A stretch of DNA of 64,000 nt, taken from contig JAUCBJ010000187.1 in NCBI GenBank assembly GCA_032718475.1, positions 62,001 through 126,000 on the forward strand. Direction: 5' to 3'. This stretch comes from Nemertoderma westbladi (lineage: Eukaryota; Animalia; Xenacoelomorpha). Below, one piece after another: positions 1 through 10,142 of the stretch; positions within the stretch are counted from its first letter, which is position 1, and every line of letters starts with the position of its first letter. A program made the position numbers and the translations under genes. Below the pieces are notes generated by a model, which searched no databases, was not told the origin of the DNA, and saw only the letters and a program-made list of their open reading frames with translations.

Positions 1-1524
1 TCGCGTGTGTTAATTCTGAACCGTCAAAATCAGTTTTGCTCCTTCATATATATAATTACTGGGTACGGTGTGCATTTTACAAATATTCTAATTTTGTAAC
101 TTGTAGGTCCAATACTCACGAATAATAAGGTTCCTTCCCCTCTTGCGTATTTCCAGGACTCAAATTCAGGCATAAGATTAATGCTACGCCCAGAATTCGG
201 CAATTTTTTAATTTACCAGGTCCCTAATACTAAGAAGAAATGTGTTAGTTTACTACTGTAGGCGTACGGTTACAAATAGCTAGCCTGGCGTCCTATCTAG
301 AATTTTAGTCACCTAGGTAGGCTGGGTAACTTCCTATCAGGACGTTGGCGGGGACACGGTAGATGTTAGTATATCCCTAATAGCCCCAATTTATTTGCGC
401 CTAGTCGTAAACTGCCCTACCGCCTGAACGGTACAATCCTAATTCAGGTGAAACACAGTAACCCTCCTAGCCTACAAGTTCTAACGCAATGGACACCGTT
501 GTACTACAAATAGTCGCAGACGCACCTGTACTTAGCAAGAGTTAGGCGTACAGTTTGCTGCACCCTACCAATGTGTATGCTTCGTACCAGTGTGCCTACG
601 TCCTATCTGCGTACTAGTATCTCTGCCTGCTCTCTCCCCCCGTAGGAATATGAAGGTCTACTGCGGTTTTTTCCTGAATTAAAACAGTACAGTCCCTAAG
701 ATGTAATTTTAGGCGTACAGCGTGTCACTACCTCTACCTTTGATCTTTGGTCTTACGCTTAGGTAGCAAGGCATCGAACGCTGTCTAACCTTTCAGGCGA
801 TGGGCGAATAACTAAGATGATATTGCAGGTTGTCTCCTGTCTACATTCCCTTGATGTTCCCGTTCATTGCTGCGGCCCGAAGTCTAGCCAGCCATCCTGT
901 CCCTTAGTTGAGTTCACCGTGGTGAAGCATGATAAAACAGATAGAAAAGGACAGATGTGACAAGTATTTCTAACTTTTATTACAAAATCAAACAATAACT
1001 ATTATACAATAAACGATGTAATCTGAAATAATAATCTGTGTAAGAATGAAGATGTGTAAGAAAGATAGATTGATAACTAATGAACGAAATCGCACCTTTT
1101 ATACCAAATTTGTGCCGCAATCAATCGAGAAAATTCTCGATTGTTCTATAGGTTCTAACAGGTTTTTAAAGATAGCTATTGGTCCAGCTAATATATAACT
1201 TGCACGACATTGGTTACAATCAAATAACTACAGTCTCATTGGTTAATCTAGGTACAGACAAATGCAATTTAATTTGTAGCGGTCAATTTAAATGAGTTGA
1301 ACTTCTGCACAAAAAATAATTCGCACCTACTAGGATTCGAACTCAATACCTACTACATATATAATTTCCAACGCTCTACCGACTGAGCTACTGAACCACT
1401 TGACTAAACATCGTACAATAGATATAACAAATACAATGAGGACTTAATGTAATCTTTAACAAAGTTAATTCGAATAAAATAAAAATTTTGAAAATCCACG
1501 GCATTTAGGGAATATAATTCTATA
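1..1524 (-). repeat. 3' LTR of A1 (partial)
   Basis: Matches 14746-16268; the match stops exactly at the purine tract (sense TGGAGCGG|TATAGAAT). Confidence 0.93.
1311..1397 (-). ncRNA. tRNA-like Pol III cassette in A1 3' LTR (degenerate, not a functional tRNA)
   Basis: Sense TAGCTCAGTCGGTAGAGC (A box/D arm), GAGTTCGAATCC (B box/T loop), then TTTTTT; acceptor and anticodon stems do not pair. Confidence 0.6.
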
Positions 1525-1532
1525 CCGCTCCA
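1525..1532 (-). other. Polypurine tract of A1
   Basis: Sense TGGAGCGG abuts the LTR; the same GGAGCGG precedes the LTRs at 18916, 24575 and 42115. Confidence 0.7.
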
Positions 1533-2348
1533 TGAAAACAGGATATTATCGTGCATAAAATATACGGTTTTCACCAATAATCAATCAAACTATAGAATAC
1601 TTAGGGCGTACTTACATATTTACAAATTAAATTTCAAACAATACTTCCTTTCTACATAATGATTCGATACAAAATAATTACAAATTCAAACTTTACATAT
1701 TTAAGGCTCTACTAAGTAAGTACAATATAAATCTAAATTAAATTCACTAATATAAATCTATTGCATCTCAATATTGCATAAATTCAAACAATTACAAATA
1801 CAAATAAATGAAAATCATAAGAAAGGCTCGCGAGTCTTCCATCTACTATTGCATCTCAAATATTGCATAAATTCAAATAATTACAAATACTTTCGTGCCT
1901 AAATGTAGATTGCATAAGTTCGGAATAATTACAAATATGAGTCTTTCTAAGCACAAAACTTTCTAACTATAAAACTTTCAAAATACAAAATATAACACTT
2001 TACAAATGAAACTATAAGAAAGGCCCACGAGTCTTCCATCTACTCTTACTTTCTATTTCACTGTAAATACAAATACTGCTTATAAGATATAAATTGCATA
2101 GTATTCGGAACAATATAAATTGCATAAGTTCGGAATAATCACAAATATAAAATATAAATCTTGCAAATATAAATTCTTACTGACTATAAATCTTACTAAA
2201 TATAAATTCTTACTAAATATAAATCTTACTAAATATGAGTTCTTCCAGAATACAAAACTTACTAATTAAATATAAAACATATAATTCAAATAAATCACAA
2301 ATTCACAAGAAAGGCTCACGAGTCTTCCGTCCACCCTTGCCCTCCCTT

Positions 2349-3863
2349 TTATCGCTTAGTTGATCGAGCCCTGCCGCGTCCTCGAAAACTGCGCACAGGT
2401 GACTTTGCTCGCGATATGGGACTCGTGGGGCGAGTCACTGGTTTCGCTTGGACGTTGAGAGACGGTGCGACTATTTCCTCACAAATTCGTCTATTTGGCA
2501 TCCCAAAACCTCGACCGATTCCTCGTGACCGATCAGTTGTCACTACAGTTGGTAAAACGTCTGGGAACGCGCGAGAAGCGGACGACGCAGACCCAAGAGT
2601 AGCTTGCGTCCCCTTTTGATCAGCTGGTGTATGTCCCGATCCTCCTGTTGGTTCTCTAGGAAGCGATACCGTATCCCGAGTAATTCGAATGGTCGGCTCA
2701 ACTCCCTTGCGTTCTTCTATATTAATAGACTTCTTTAATTGTTGGCTAACTTTCTGGACCCTTATGATCCTACCCTGCCCGTCCTCCCGAGGGTGACGTG
2801 CAGACGGCGCAACCGGAGTAGCTGGTATGTCGGTCGCCTCTAGGATCTCCTCTTCCTCGAATACGCTCGCTCGTATACGTTTGTGGTAAAACGCGGCTCG
2901 GTACGCCCATGCGACGGTTAACCAAGCTCCTTTATTCCGCTTTTCAGTTCGGAAACGATCAAATTCACCATACGTGATACGATTTACGACTTTCTGAAAA
3001 TTCCACGTGTTCTTGTTGTCTGGGTGAATCTGTAATAGATACTCGCGCACTACTTGGAATCCACTGTCGTGGGGCAAAATATCGACTACCTCGATAAGTT
3101 CGTCATATTGGGGCATAGCGGAGATGTATCCTTCCGACATCATCGTTTGGGGATTTACCGCCCAAAATCCAAGATGCGCCCTCATCGGAAATCGTCTTCT
3201 TTGTGCCGATACATGTTCGTCGGCTAAATCTTCCCACTCATCGAATAATTTTCTCACGAGTTTTACAGATTCGTGTTCATAGGGTATGTCTCTTAGTTGG
3301 CATTCAGATGCTCGATGCCCTTTTATATTGCAATAAGTACATTGAGCCATAAATCTCCAGCAAGTATAAAAGGTATGAGACCCTTGATCTCCACACCATC
3401 CACAGATTAGCTGAGTCGTAGTAATGTGCTTTCCACTGCACTTGGTCGAATGATGTCCAGCGACGCCACATATACCACACATCGTATTGGCAGGGTACCA
3501 CACTCGTTCGTATATAAGGTCTCCAATTGGTCGAGCGCTTCCTCCCACACTATAATCGTAATCATCTGGATCTATGGGTTGATAGGTTTCTGAAGATTGT
3601 ATACAAACTATAGCATCTGTTGCTTCAAGTTGTCGAATCTCCGTCTGAGATTTCTTCGGGAGGTTCCTTTCTATCTCAAGAAGTTCCTCTAAAGGATCAT
3701 CAGTGATCGTAGTAGTTACTTCGAAATCATCACCAAGGTGACCGATAGGCGCGCGCGTCTGCCGTGATTCATCCGTAATCTCCACGATACGTTCTCCTTC
3801 ATAGGGTAACAATGTAAACATAGATGGTCTTTCGATAAGAGATCCCGCACAGCGAAGATACAC
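2349..3863 (-). CDS. Accessory ORF3 of A1, C-terminal part: zinc-knuckle (CCHC) protein with basic tail
   Basis: 504-aa ORF with CGICGVAGHHSTKC, CGWCGDQGSHTFYTC, CTYCNIKGHRASEC; ends RGRGRARSTKR; homologous to 16269-18130, 21845-24496 and 42194-43642. Confidence 0.8.
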   Translation of the reverse strand: MYLRCAGSLIERPSMFTLLPYEGERIVEITDESRQTRAPIGHLGDDFEVTTTITDDPLEELLEIERNLPKKSQTEIRQLEATDAIVCIQSSETYQPIDPDDYDYSVGGSARPIGDLIYERVWYPANTMCGICGVAGHHSTKCSGKHITTTQLICGWCGDQGSHTFYTCWRFMAQCTYCNIKGHRASECQLRDIPYEHESVKLVRKLFDEWEDLADEHVSAQRRRFPMRAHLGFWAVNPQTMMSEGYISAMPQYDELIEVVDILPHDSGFQVVREYLLQIHPDNKNTWNFQKVVNRITYGEFDRFRTEKRNKGAWLTVAWAYRAAFYHKRIRASVFEEEEILEATDIPATPVAPSARHPREDGQGRIIRVQKVSQQLKKSINIEERKGVEPTIRITRDTVSLPREPTGGSGHTPADQKGTQATLGSASSASRAFPDVLPTVVTTDRSRGIGRGFGMPNRRICEEIVAPSLNVQAKPVTRPTSPISRAKSPVRSFRGRGRARSTKR

Positions 3864-3931
3864 GTCTCGAAATATACTAAATCCTGCTCGAGTAAAGGCA
3901 TTACACTGAGCGTCGGAGTTGTAGAAGGGTT

Positions 3932-4087
3932 GTCATATTTAGTCTTTGCGAGTTTCGCAGTACTTTCTGATAATTCCTTTATACCAAATATAGTGTAGTC
4001 CTTGGCTCCAAATCTTTCGAATGGCGCTGCTGCTTCCTTTTGGATATCATATCCCCATCTCGGCTCTCCATGTATCTCCTTCTCCAT
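3932..4087 (-). pseudogene. Probable N-terminus of A1 ORF3, joined out of frame by an internal deletion
   Basis: Similarity to A2 stops abruptly at ~3931 (AACCCTTCTAC); the upstream ATG ORF MEKEIHGEP... runs into the wrong frame. Confidence 0.55.
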
Positions 4088-4739
4088 AATTAGATGTGTA
4101 GTTACATAATCATACTACTAGAGGGAATACAACAGAGTTTGTAGTTAGTTGTGAGGAGACGTGAGAGTTTTCGTCTGCCCTTTTGGCTCGACAACGCTCT
4201 AACCTCCTACCCATAGCCTAAGATCTAGGGTTTCTTTAATGACACGCTGCTTCTTATCTAAAATTTTTGCCGAAATAAAAACGAATTTGGGCTAAACTGG
4301 CTGTGAGTCTAAAATACTCACTTTTTGATCCCAAACTATTATCAGAAAATAAGCAGTCAAGAATTAGTAATAAATATAGGGGAGTCTATTTATTTGACGT
4401 AACTTATTGAAACAAGACCGTGTAAAATTTAATTAAAATTTTAAGAAAGGCTCGCAAGTCTTCCTCTCTTGTTTCTCTAATTTTAAGTTCCACCCGACTG
4501 TACCCTGAAATCTATTCACTGGAGAAAATTTTTCAAATCCAAATGGATTGTCTAAAATTTCGAAAATGTCTCAAAATTGTGAGTTCCAAGTAGAATTCCA
4601 TTTCTTATACCTACAAATCCCGCTCCTATGTGATACATAAGGGTACTACCCTCAATGTTCACATATAAAGACAATGGAATTCTACCGCTGTCCTTACTAC
4701 AGTGTACAGGTACGTGGAAATCTATTTGTAAACTCCTAA

Positions 4740-7700
4740 TTATTTACTAATATTAGGTGGAGATTTGTAGTCTCCAGACTCGTTACGAGTCTCTTCAAGA
4801 AGTACGAGACGTTGAGTCGGTCTGTCTACTGTATGACCGTCAATTGTCCGTACCGTCACAGTTCTTGTCACTCCATCCATAGATGGATGTGTGGCTAAAA
4901 TTACACCTGTTATCCAGAAGCGTCTTTTTAGATTCACTTCTGCTAACAGCACGTGATCTCCCGGCTTTAATGCGCGGGTGTTATTGTACCAAGTTGTTCT
5001 GGCAGAAATAGAGGGCAAATAATGGTTTTGCCATATTTCCCAGAATTTGTTAGCTAGTAGTTGCGTGATTTTCCACGCTTTTCTACCGTAGCTATCGCCT
5101 TCCATTGGAAAAGAAATAGGCATTAATGTGGTCGGTGCCTGCATTAGCAGGTGTGCCGGTGTCAAAGCAAACTGGGATTGTTTGTCATCGGGTACTAATA
5201 CTATTGGTCTAGTATTTAGTATTGCCTCGATTTCAACAAACAATGTTGTCAGTTGGTCGTCTGTCAATATGTGGTTTACTGGAATGACCTTTGCCATGGC
5301 TGTTTTTATAGATCTAATCAATCTCTCCCAGACTCCGCCTCTCCATGGACTATCTGGAGGATTAAACTTCCAAACAATCTTGTAAGGACGTAGTTCGTTT
5401 GAGATTTGATCATGATCTAATTTCTTAAAGGCTCTAGCAATCTCATTTCGAGCACCAACAAAGTTTGTACCTTGGTCTGAGTACAAGCATTTTACTAGTC
5501 CGCGTCTAGCGATAAATCGCCGCAATGCTAGTATAAACGCGTTGGTGGAAAGATCCATCACACGTTCAATATGAACTGCCCTACTGGACATACATGTGAA
5601 AATCAGTCCCCAGCGTTTTACTAGTATACGTCCACGTTTCGTATGTATGGGACCAAAGCAATCAATTCCAGTCTCTGTAAAAGGTGGTCTGAATGCTTGA
5701 AGTCGTGCTTGTGGAAGTTCACTCATTTCTTGAGTACCTATTCTAGAATGTACCTTTTTACAAATAATACACGTACGTGTCACTGAACTTAATGCTTTAC
5801 TGGGTCTAATTAATACAAATCTTGTACGTAAGTAGGAAAGACAGTGGTGTCTTCCAGCGTGTTTCAGATGTAAATGTGCGTCCAGTATCATTGCACGTTG
5901 TAGTTCGTGATGTTGTGGTATTATTATTGGGTATCTAAAGTTTGTGTTAAATTCAATGTTTTGAAGCCGAGATTTATGACAAATTAAGCCATTGTAAATT
6001 ATCGGACTCCAACTCAATATTGGTGACGACTTGATTGGTTGACCTTGATTTATAGATGTGAATTCGCGTGCGAAATATCGCAGTTGGTAATGGCGAATTA
6101 ATTTAATTTCACACCTGTCAATTTCAGTTAATGTAAGTCGACGTGTAAAGTCTCGTTTGCCTTTAACGTATTGTACAAAACGTACAATCCACGCTAATTT
6201 TCGGCAAGCGTTTGTCCAAGAGTCTGTTAAGTTTACAATACGGTCGACGTGAGTATTTGTGACGTCATCAGGTAAGTCAATGGAGAATTTGGAAGGTTTT
6301 GATTTACTAGAAGGGCCCACGGGTCCGCCGGTAAGTATTCCCTTGTTGACTGTTGATCCGTCCGGGTCTACAAGTAATTTGTCCTTCTTTGTTTTCTTAC
6401 CCTGGTTGTCAGTACTTTGTAAGTCGATCGTTAATGGTGGTTTGAACTCTATGGGGTCACTGGGTTTCGGTAAACTTATTTTTCTGCCGATATTAATCCC
6501 AGGTCTCACCATAGGTTGCAAGTTTGGTATGTCTCTTGAGCGCAAAGTAACACCTGTATTTACATTAGCGTAGGTACTACCCACATCTGTAATACATGAG
6601 GTTTCACTGTGCTTATGGTTGCTCAAGTGTGTCAAATTTGGTAGTTTGTCAATACAAGGCCGCTCCAATAGGGAAACTGCGGCTTTACTATTTGTCAATA
6701 TGTTACTAGTGTCTAGTAGAACATTTTGTGACATGTGTGGTAAAATGTTTCGCGGAACATCCGGCGAAATATCTAGTGACGTGTCTGGCAAAACGTCTGG
6801 TTGACCGTCTAGTAACGTGTCTGGTTGTTTGTCAATAGAAGGCCGCTCCAATAGAGAAACTGCGGCTTTACTATTTGTCAATATGTCACTAGTGTCTGGT
6901 AGAACATTTTGTGACATGTCTGGCAAAACGTCTGGTTGACCGTCTGGCGATATGTCTGGTTGACCGTCTAGTAACGTGTCTGGTTGACCGTCTAGTAACG
7001 TGTCTGGTTGACCGTCTAGTAACGTGTCTGGTTGACCGTCTGGCGATATGTCTGGTGTAGAAAGGCTCGCAAGTCTTCCGTTCTTGACCTTTGAAGTTAT
7101 CGCTTTCCATTTCGCCTTCGGTTTTTTCTTAAGTTTGGCCGCCGTCCTTTTCTTTGCTTTCCCTTTCTTTGGTTTTTTAATTTCCGCGTCTTTAGGGATA
7201 GTGTTAGACTTGTTGTCGTATAGTGGCGGCCAATGTTGTATTGATCCCTGCAAGAACTGTGGTCCGTGCTGCCAAAATTCTTTGTTCTCCGGTTTACAGA
7301 ATTCCTCAGGCATCATTCCTCTTGACGCAATATCGGCTGGGTTTTGTGGTCCGGGACAATGTCGCCAATCTTCTTTTATTGAACGGTCTAGAATTTCTGC
7401 GCGACGGTTAGCTACGAATGTCTTGAATTCAAGTGTGTCGTTGTTTATGTAAAATAAAACCAACGTCGCGTCAGTCCAATAAAATATCTGTAAACTTGAC
7501 TGTAGTTCCGTCTGTATAAGGTTCACGATTGTGGTTGACAGGGTTGCGGCTTGTAGCTCAGCTCGTGGTGTCGTCATATACTTAGTAGGCATTGTTTTTG
7601 CCTTAGAAGTAATGAGCGAAACATCGAATTCTTCTGAGTCTACTTGTCTGCGCAAGTACGTTGCCACACCAAAGCCGTTGTCACTGGCGTCGGAAAAACA

Positions 7701-10142
7701 ATGTAATTCCAAGTTGTCAGGAAACGTTGTTTGTAATGGAAAGTATACTCTGGGTATGGAATAATCCTCTAGCGAAGATAATTCTGCCTCCCAGGTTTTC
7801 CATAAGTCCACTTGGTCTGATGAGATCGGCTCGTCCCATGTTAGTCCATCCTTCCAAATACTGCGCATATAAATTCTGGCTTGCAGTATTATTGGACTGA
7901 TGAATCCTAATGGATCGAACAATCGGCTCAATTTTGACAAGCATGATCTCTTTGTCAGTGTGTTTTCTTGACTGTCCAGTCTCACCTTCACTCGAAAGTT
8001 GTCCGTGTTTGGGTCCCAAAAGAGCCCCAACACCTTGGTCGTCGGTAGTGGTTCGAACTCTAGGTCAATGTCACCACCTCCACGCTCAGTCGTTCCGAAT
8101 GAGTCTACCAATTCGGCACTGTTTGAGGCGAATTTGGTGAGGTTAAAACCTCCGCCCGCTAAGCAGTCCCGTAATTGATGTGCTACTGTTATAGCACGTT
8201 CTACTGTGTCACAACTCTGTAAACCATCGTCTACGTAAAAGTCACGTTCTACGATCTTAATTATCTCTGGGTCATATATGTGTTTCTGATCCCTAGCGGC
8301 TTGCTTTAGGGCGTACATCGTACAGTTTGGGCTGTCCCTGGCACCGAAAACGCGAACTTGCATTTGGTAAGTCGCCGGTGGTAGACTTAAGTCTCCTTCC
8401 GGATACCAGAGGAACCTCAAACTGTCTCTGTCTCGCTCTAACGCTCTCACTTGGTGAAACATAGCTTCGACGTCACAAGTAAAGGCTACTTGACACTGAC
8501 GGAAGCGCATAATCACCCCCATAAGATAATTATTCATGTTTGGTCCATCCATCAACTCGCTATTGAGGGACATTCCCTCAAACAGAGCCGCACAGTCATT
8601 GACTACATGTACTTTGTCTGGTTTGTCGGGGTGTCTCACGAAGTGATGTGGCAAGTAGTATGTCTGGTCAGTCACTATCTCTGGGTTAGTCATTCGGATA
8701 GCGTATCCCTTGGACAAATACGTCTCCATCTGAGTGTTATACTGCAGATGGGCTTTCTCGTCCTTTAATAGACGTTGTCGTATCGAGTGTAAACGTCTTA
8801 AAGCTAGTGGATAGTTATTTATGAGTTTAGGACGTTGGTCACGCCATAGCATCCCTACCTCATAATGTCCGTCCTCCGTCTGGCGGATAGTATCTTCCAT
8901 GATCTTCAAAGATTGTTTCTCTTGTTCCGACATACATGGTTCGTAGCTACCAGGTTCAGCTGTATCTTGTTCTAACGACCTGATTGTCTTCTCCGTTAAT
9001 TCTTTGTCCAATGCAGCTTGTTCCAGTTGATGATTTCTAGTTCTAGATTTCCAGTCGATATCGATGGGCATTGTTGAGGTTATTGGTGTAGGTAGACTCG
9101 CAAGCCTTCCGGCGTTATCATCTGTCGTCGATGGAATCTCTGGCTGACTCGTCTTCTCCCCAAGTTCTAAACTCACCTGGTGGATTAGCTGCTCCTTGTG
9201 ACTTATCATACTAGTTACACATGTCGTGTCATGTTTTGTCGAATGTAGTGTAGTATGGTCCATGTCGTGTGAAAAGGAATGAGTCGACGTTGTAGTTAAT
9301 AAACTACATGTACTTTGTATATCGTCTTCCTCGTCACTTATATCCAGTGTGCGCACAGGCGCTCGAGTATACCACCCTATCGGCGTTCTACAGGCGTATG
9401 CGTTTCCCGCTACGACTGCCGATGGTCTGGTTTCCCACACTTGATGTAGGTTGAATTGGTCTGTCCCGATCAGCATTGCTACCGATCTATAATTGACAGG
9501 ACATTCAGGTACACCAAGGTGTCTGAAATACTTACGGTCCTCTAAGGATTGTTCTGGGACAGGACCTAGTAGGTTACTAAAGTCCTTTGTGGCCGCAAAG
9601 GTTAAATCTTTAAAGGGTAACAAAGACCTCTCCTTTTCGCTATGTTGCGATTTCGGAAGAAGAGTGTCTAAGTTCAACTTAACTCGTGTTACTGGTATTG
9701 CACGTTGTCCATGCATACTACTTACGGTGTAACTGACGTTCTTACTTTGTCTAAGATCCGTCACGACATCAGCTATCTGCTCATCCACGTAGCTGTGAGA
9801 TGAGGCTGAATCTAGAATAGCATAGATTCTCTTGCTCCCCTTTGTGCCAGTAATCTTAATCGGAATTACGCTGAAACCTTTTAATTGGTCAGTCGTCAGA
9901 AGCGCGATCGATGGTTGTTCGTCTCCATCTGAATATACGTCGTCGTCTTCCGACTCTTCGTCCGACGATCCGGATTGTTCTGAGAAGCAATCCCTAATAT
10001 GTGTCACGAAAGTTGGAGTCGTTTTTGATTCTCGATTATTATACGCGGTGTTGCATTTTGCTGCCGCCAGGGTGTTCCCTGGCGAAGCGTTTGGTTGGCG
10101 TATGGCTGTCTGTGTGGAGCAGACCGTCGTGGTTGCGTCCAC
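4740..10142 (-). CDS. pol: BEL/Pao Pol: aspartic protease, RT, Pao RNase H, integrase (HHCC + DDE) and C-terminal DUF5641-like region
   Basis: AILDSAS, YLPHHFV, DFYVDD, LHCFSDAS, FWTD-like FYWTD, NPADIASRG, HLHLKH..CIIC, GIDCFGP, YSDQGTNFVG, WERLIRSIK. Confidence 0.95.
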   Translation of the reverse strand: MDATTTVCSTQTAIRQPNASPGNTLAAAKCNTAYNNRESKTTPTFVTHIRDCFSEQSGSSDEESEDDDVYSDGDEQPSIALLTTDQLKGFSVIPIKITGTKGSKRIYAILDSASSHSYVDEQIADVVTDLRQSKNVSYTVSSMHGQRAIPVTRVKLNLDTLLPKSQHSEKERSLLPFKDLTFAATKDFSNLLGPVPEQSLEDRKYFRHLGVPECPVNYRSVAMLIGTDQFNLHQVWETRPSAVVAGNAYACRTPIGWYTRAPVRTLDISDEEDDIQSTCSLLTTTSTHSFSHDMDHTTLHSTKHDTTCVTSMISHKEQLIHQVSLELGEKTSQPEIPSTTDDNAGRLASLPTPITSTMPIDIDWKSRTRNHQLEQAALDKELTEKTIRSLEQDTAEPGSYEPCMSEQEKQSLKIMEDTIRQTEDGHYEVGMLWRDQRPKLINNYPLALRRLHSIRQRLLKDEKAHLQYNTQMETYLSKGYAIRMTNPEIVTDQTYYLPHHFVRHPDKPDKVHVVNDCAALFEGMSLNSELMDGPNMNNYLMGVIMRFRQCQVAFTCDVEAMFHQVRALERDRDSLRFLWYPEGDLSLPPATYQMQVRVFGARDSPNCTMYALKQAARDQKHIYDPEIIKIVERDFYVDDGLQSCDTVERAITVAHQLRDCLAGGGFNLTKFASNSAELVDSFGTTERGGGDIDLEFEPLPTTKVLGLFWDPNTDNFRVKVRLDSQENTLTKRSCLSKLSRLFDPLGFISPIILQARIYMRSIWKDGLTWDEPISSDQVDLWKTWEAELSSLEDYSIPRVYFPLQTTFPDNLELHCFSDASDNGFGVATYLRRQVDSEEFDVSLITSKAKTMPTKYMTTPRAELQAATLSTTIVNLIQTELQSSLQIFYWTDATLVLFYINNDTLEFKTFVANRRAEILDRSIKEDWRHCPGPQNPADIASRGMMPEEFCKPENKEFWQHGPQFLQGSIQHWPPLYDNKSNTIPKDAEIKKPKKGKAKKRTAAKLKKKPKAKWKAITSKVKNGRLASLSTPDISPDGQPDTLLDGQPDTLLDGQPDTLLDGQPDISPDGQPDVLPDMSQNVLPDTSDILTNSKAAVSLLERPSIDKQPDTLLDGQPDVLPDTSLDISPDVPRNILPHMSQNVLLDTSNILTNSKAAVSLLERPCIDKLPNLTHLSNHKHSETSCITDVGSTYANVNTGVTLRSRDIPNLQPMVRPGINIGRKISLPKPSDPIEFKPPLTIDLQSTDNQGKKTKKDKLLVDPDGSTVNKGILTGGPVGPSSKSKPSKFSIDLPDDVTNTHVDRIVNLTDSWTNACRKLAWIVRFVQYVKGKRDFTRRLTLTEIDRCEIKLIRHYQLRYFAREFTSINQGQPIKSSPILSWSPIIYNGLICHKSRLQNIEFNTNFRYPIIIPQHHELQRAMILDAHLHLKHAGRHHCLSYLRTRFVLIRPSKALSSVTRTCIICKKVHSRIGTQEMSELPQARLQAFRPPFTETGIDCFGPIHTKRGRILVKRWGLIFTCMSSRAVHIERVMDLSTNAFILALRRFIARRGLVKCLYSDQGTNFVGARNEIARAFKKLDHDQISNELRPYKIVWKFNPPDSPWRGGVWERLIRSIKTAMAKVIPVNHILTDDQLTTLFVEIEAILNTRPIVLVPDDKQSQFALTPAHLLMQAPTTLMPISFPMEGDSYGRKAWKITQLLANKFWEIWQNHYLPSISARTTWYNNTRALKPGDHVLLAEVNLKRRFWITGVILATHPSMDGVTRTVTVRTIDGHTVDRPTQRLVLLEETRNESGDYKSPPNISK
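6780..7055 (-). repeat. 24-bp in-frame tandem repeats (PDTLLDGQ/PDISPDGQ) in the RH-IN linker of Pol
   Basis: TGGTTGACCGTCTAGTAACGTGTC repeated about 5 times, plus a ~180-bp-offset duplication (SKAAVSLLERP twice). Confidence 0.85.

Noticed and set aside
2349-3863. ORF3 as Env or as a second Gag
   Set aside because: No signal peptide or transmembrane segment; no capsid-like motif; knuckle spacing and context differ from the element's own Gag
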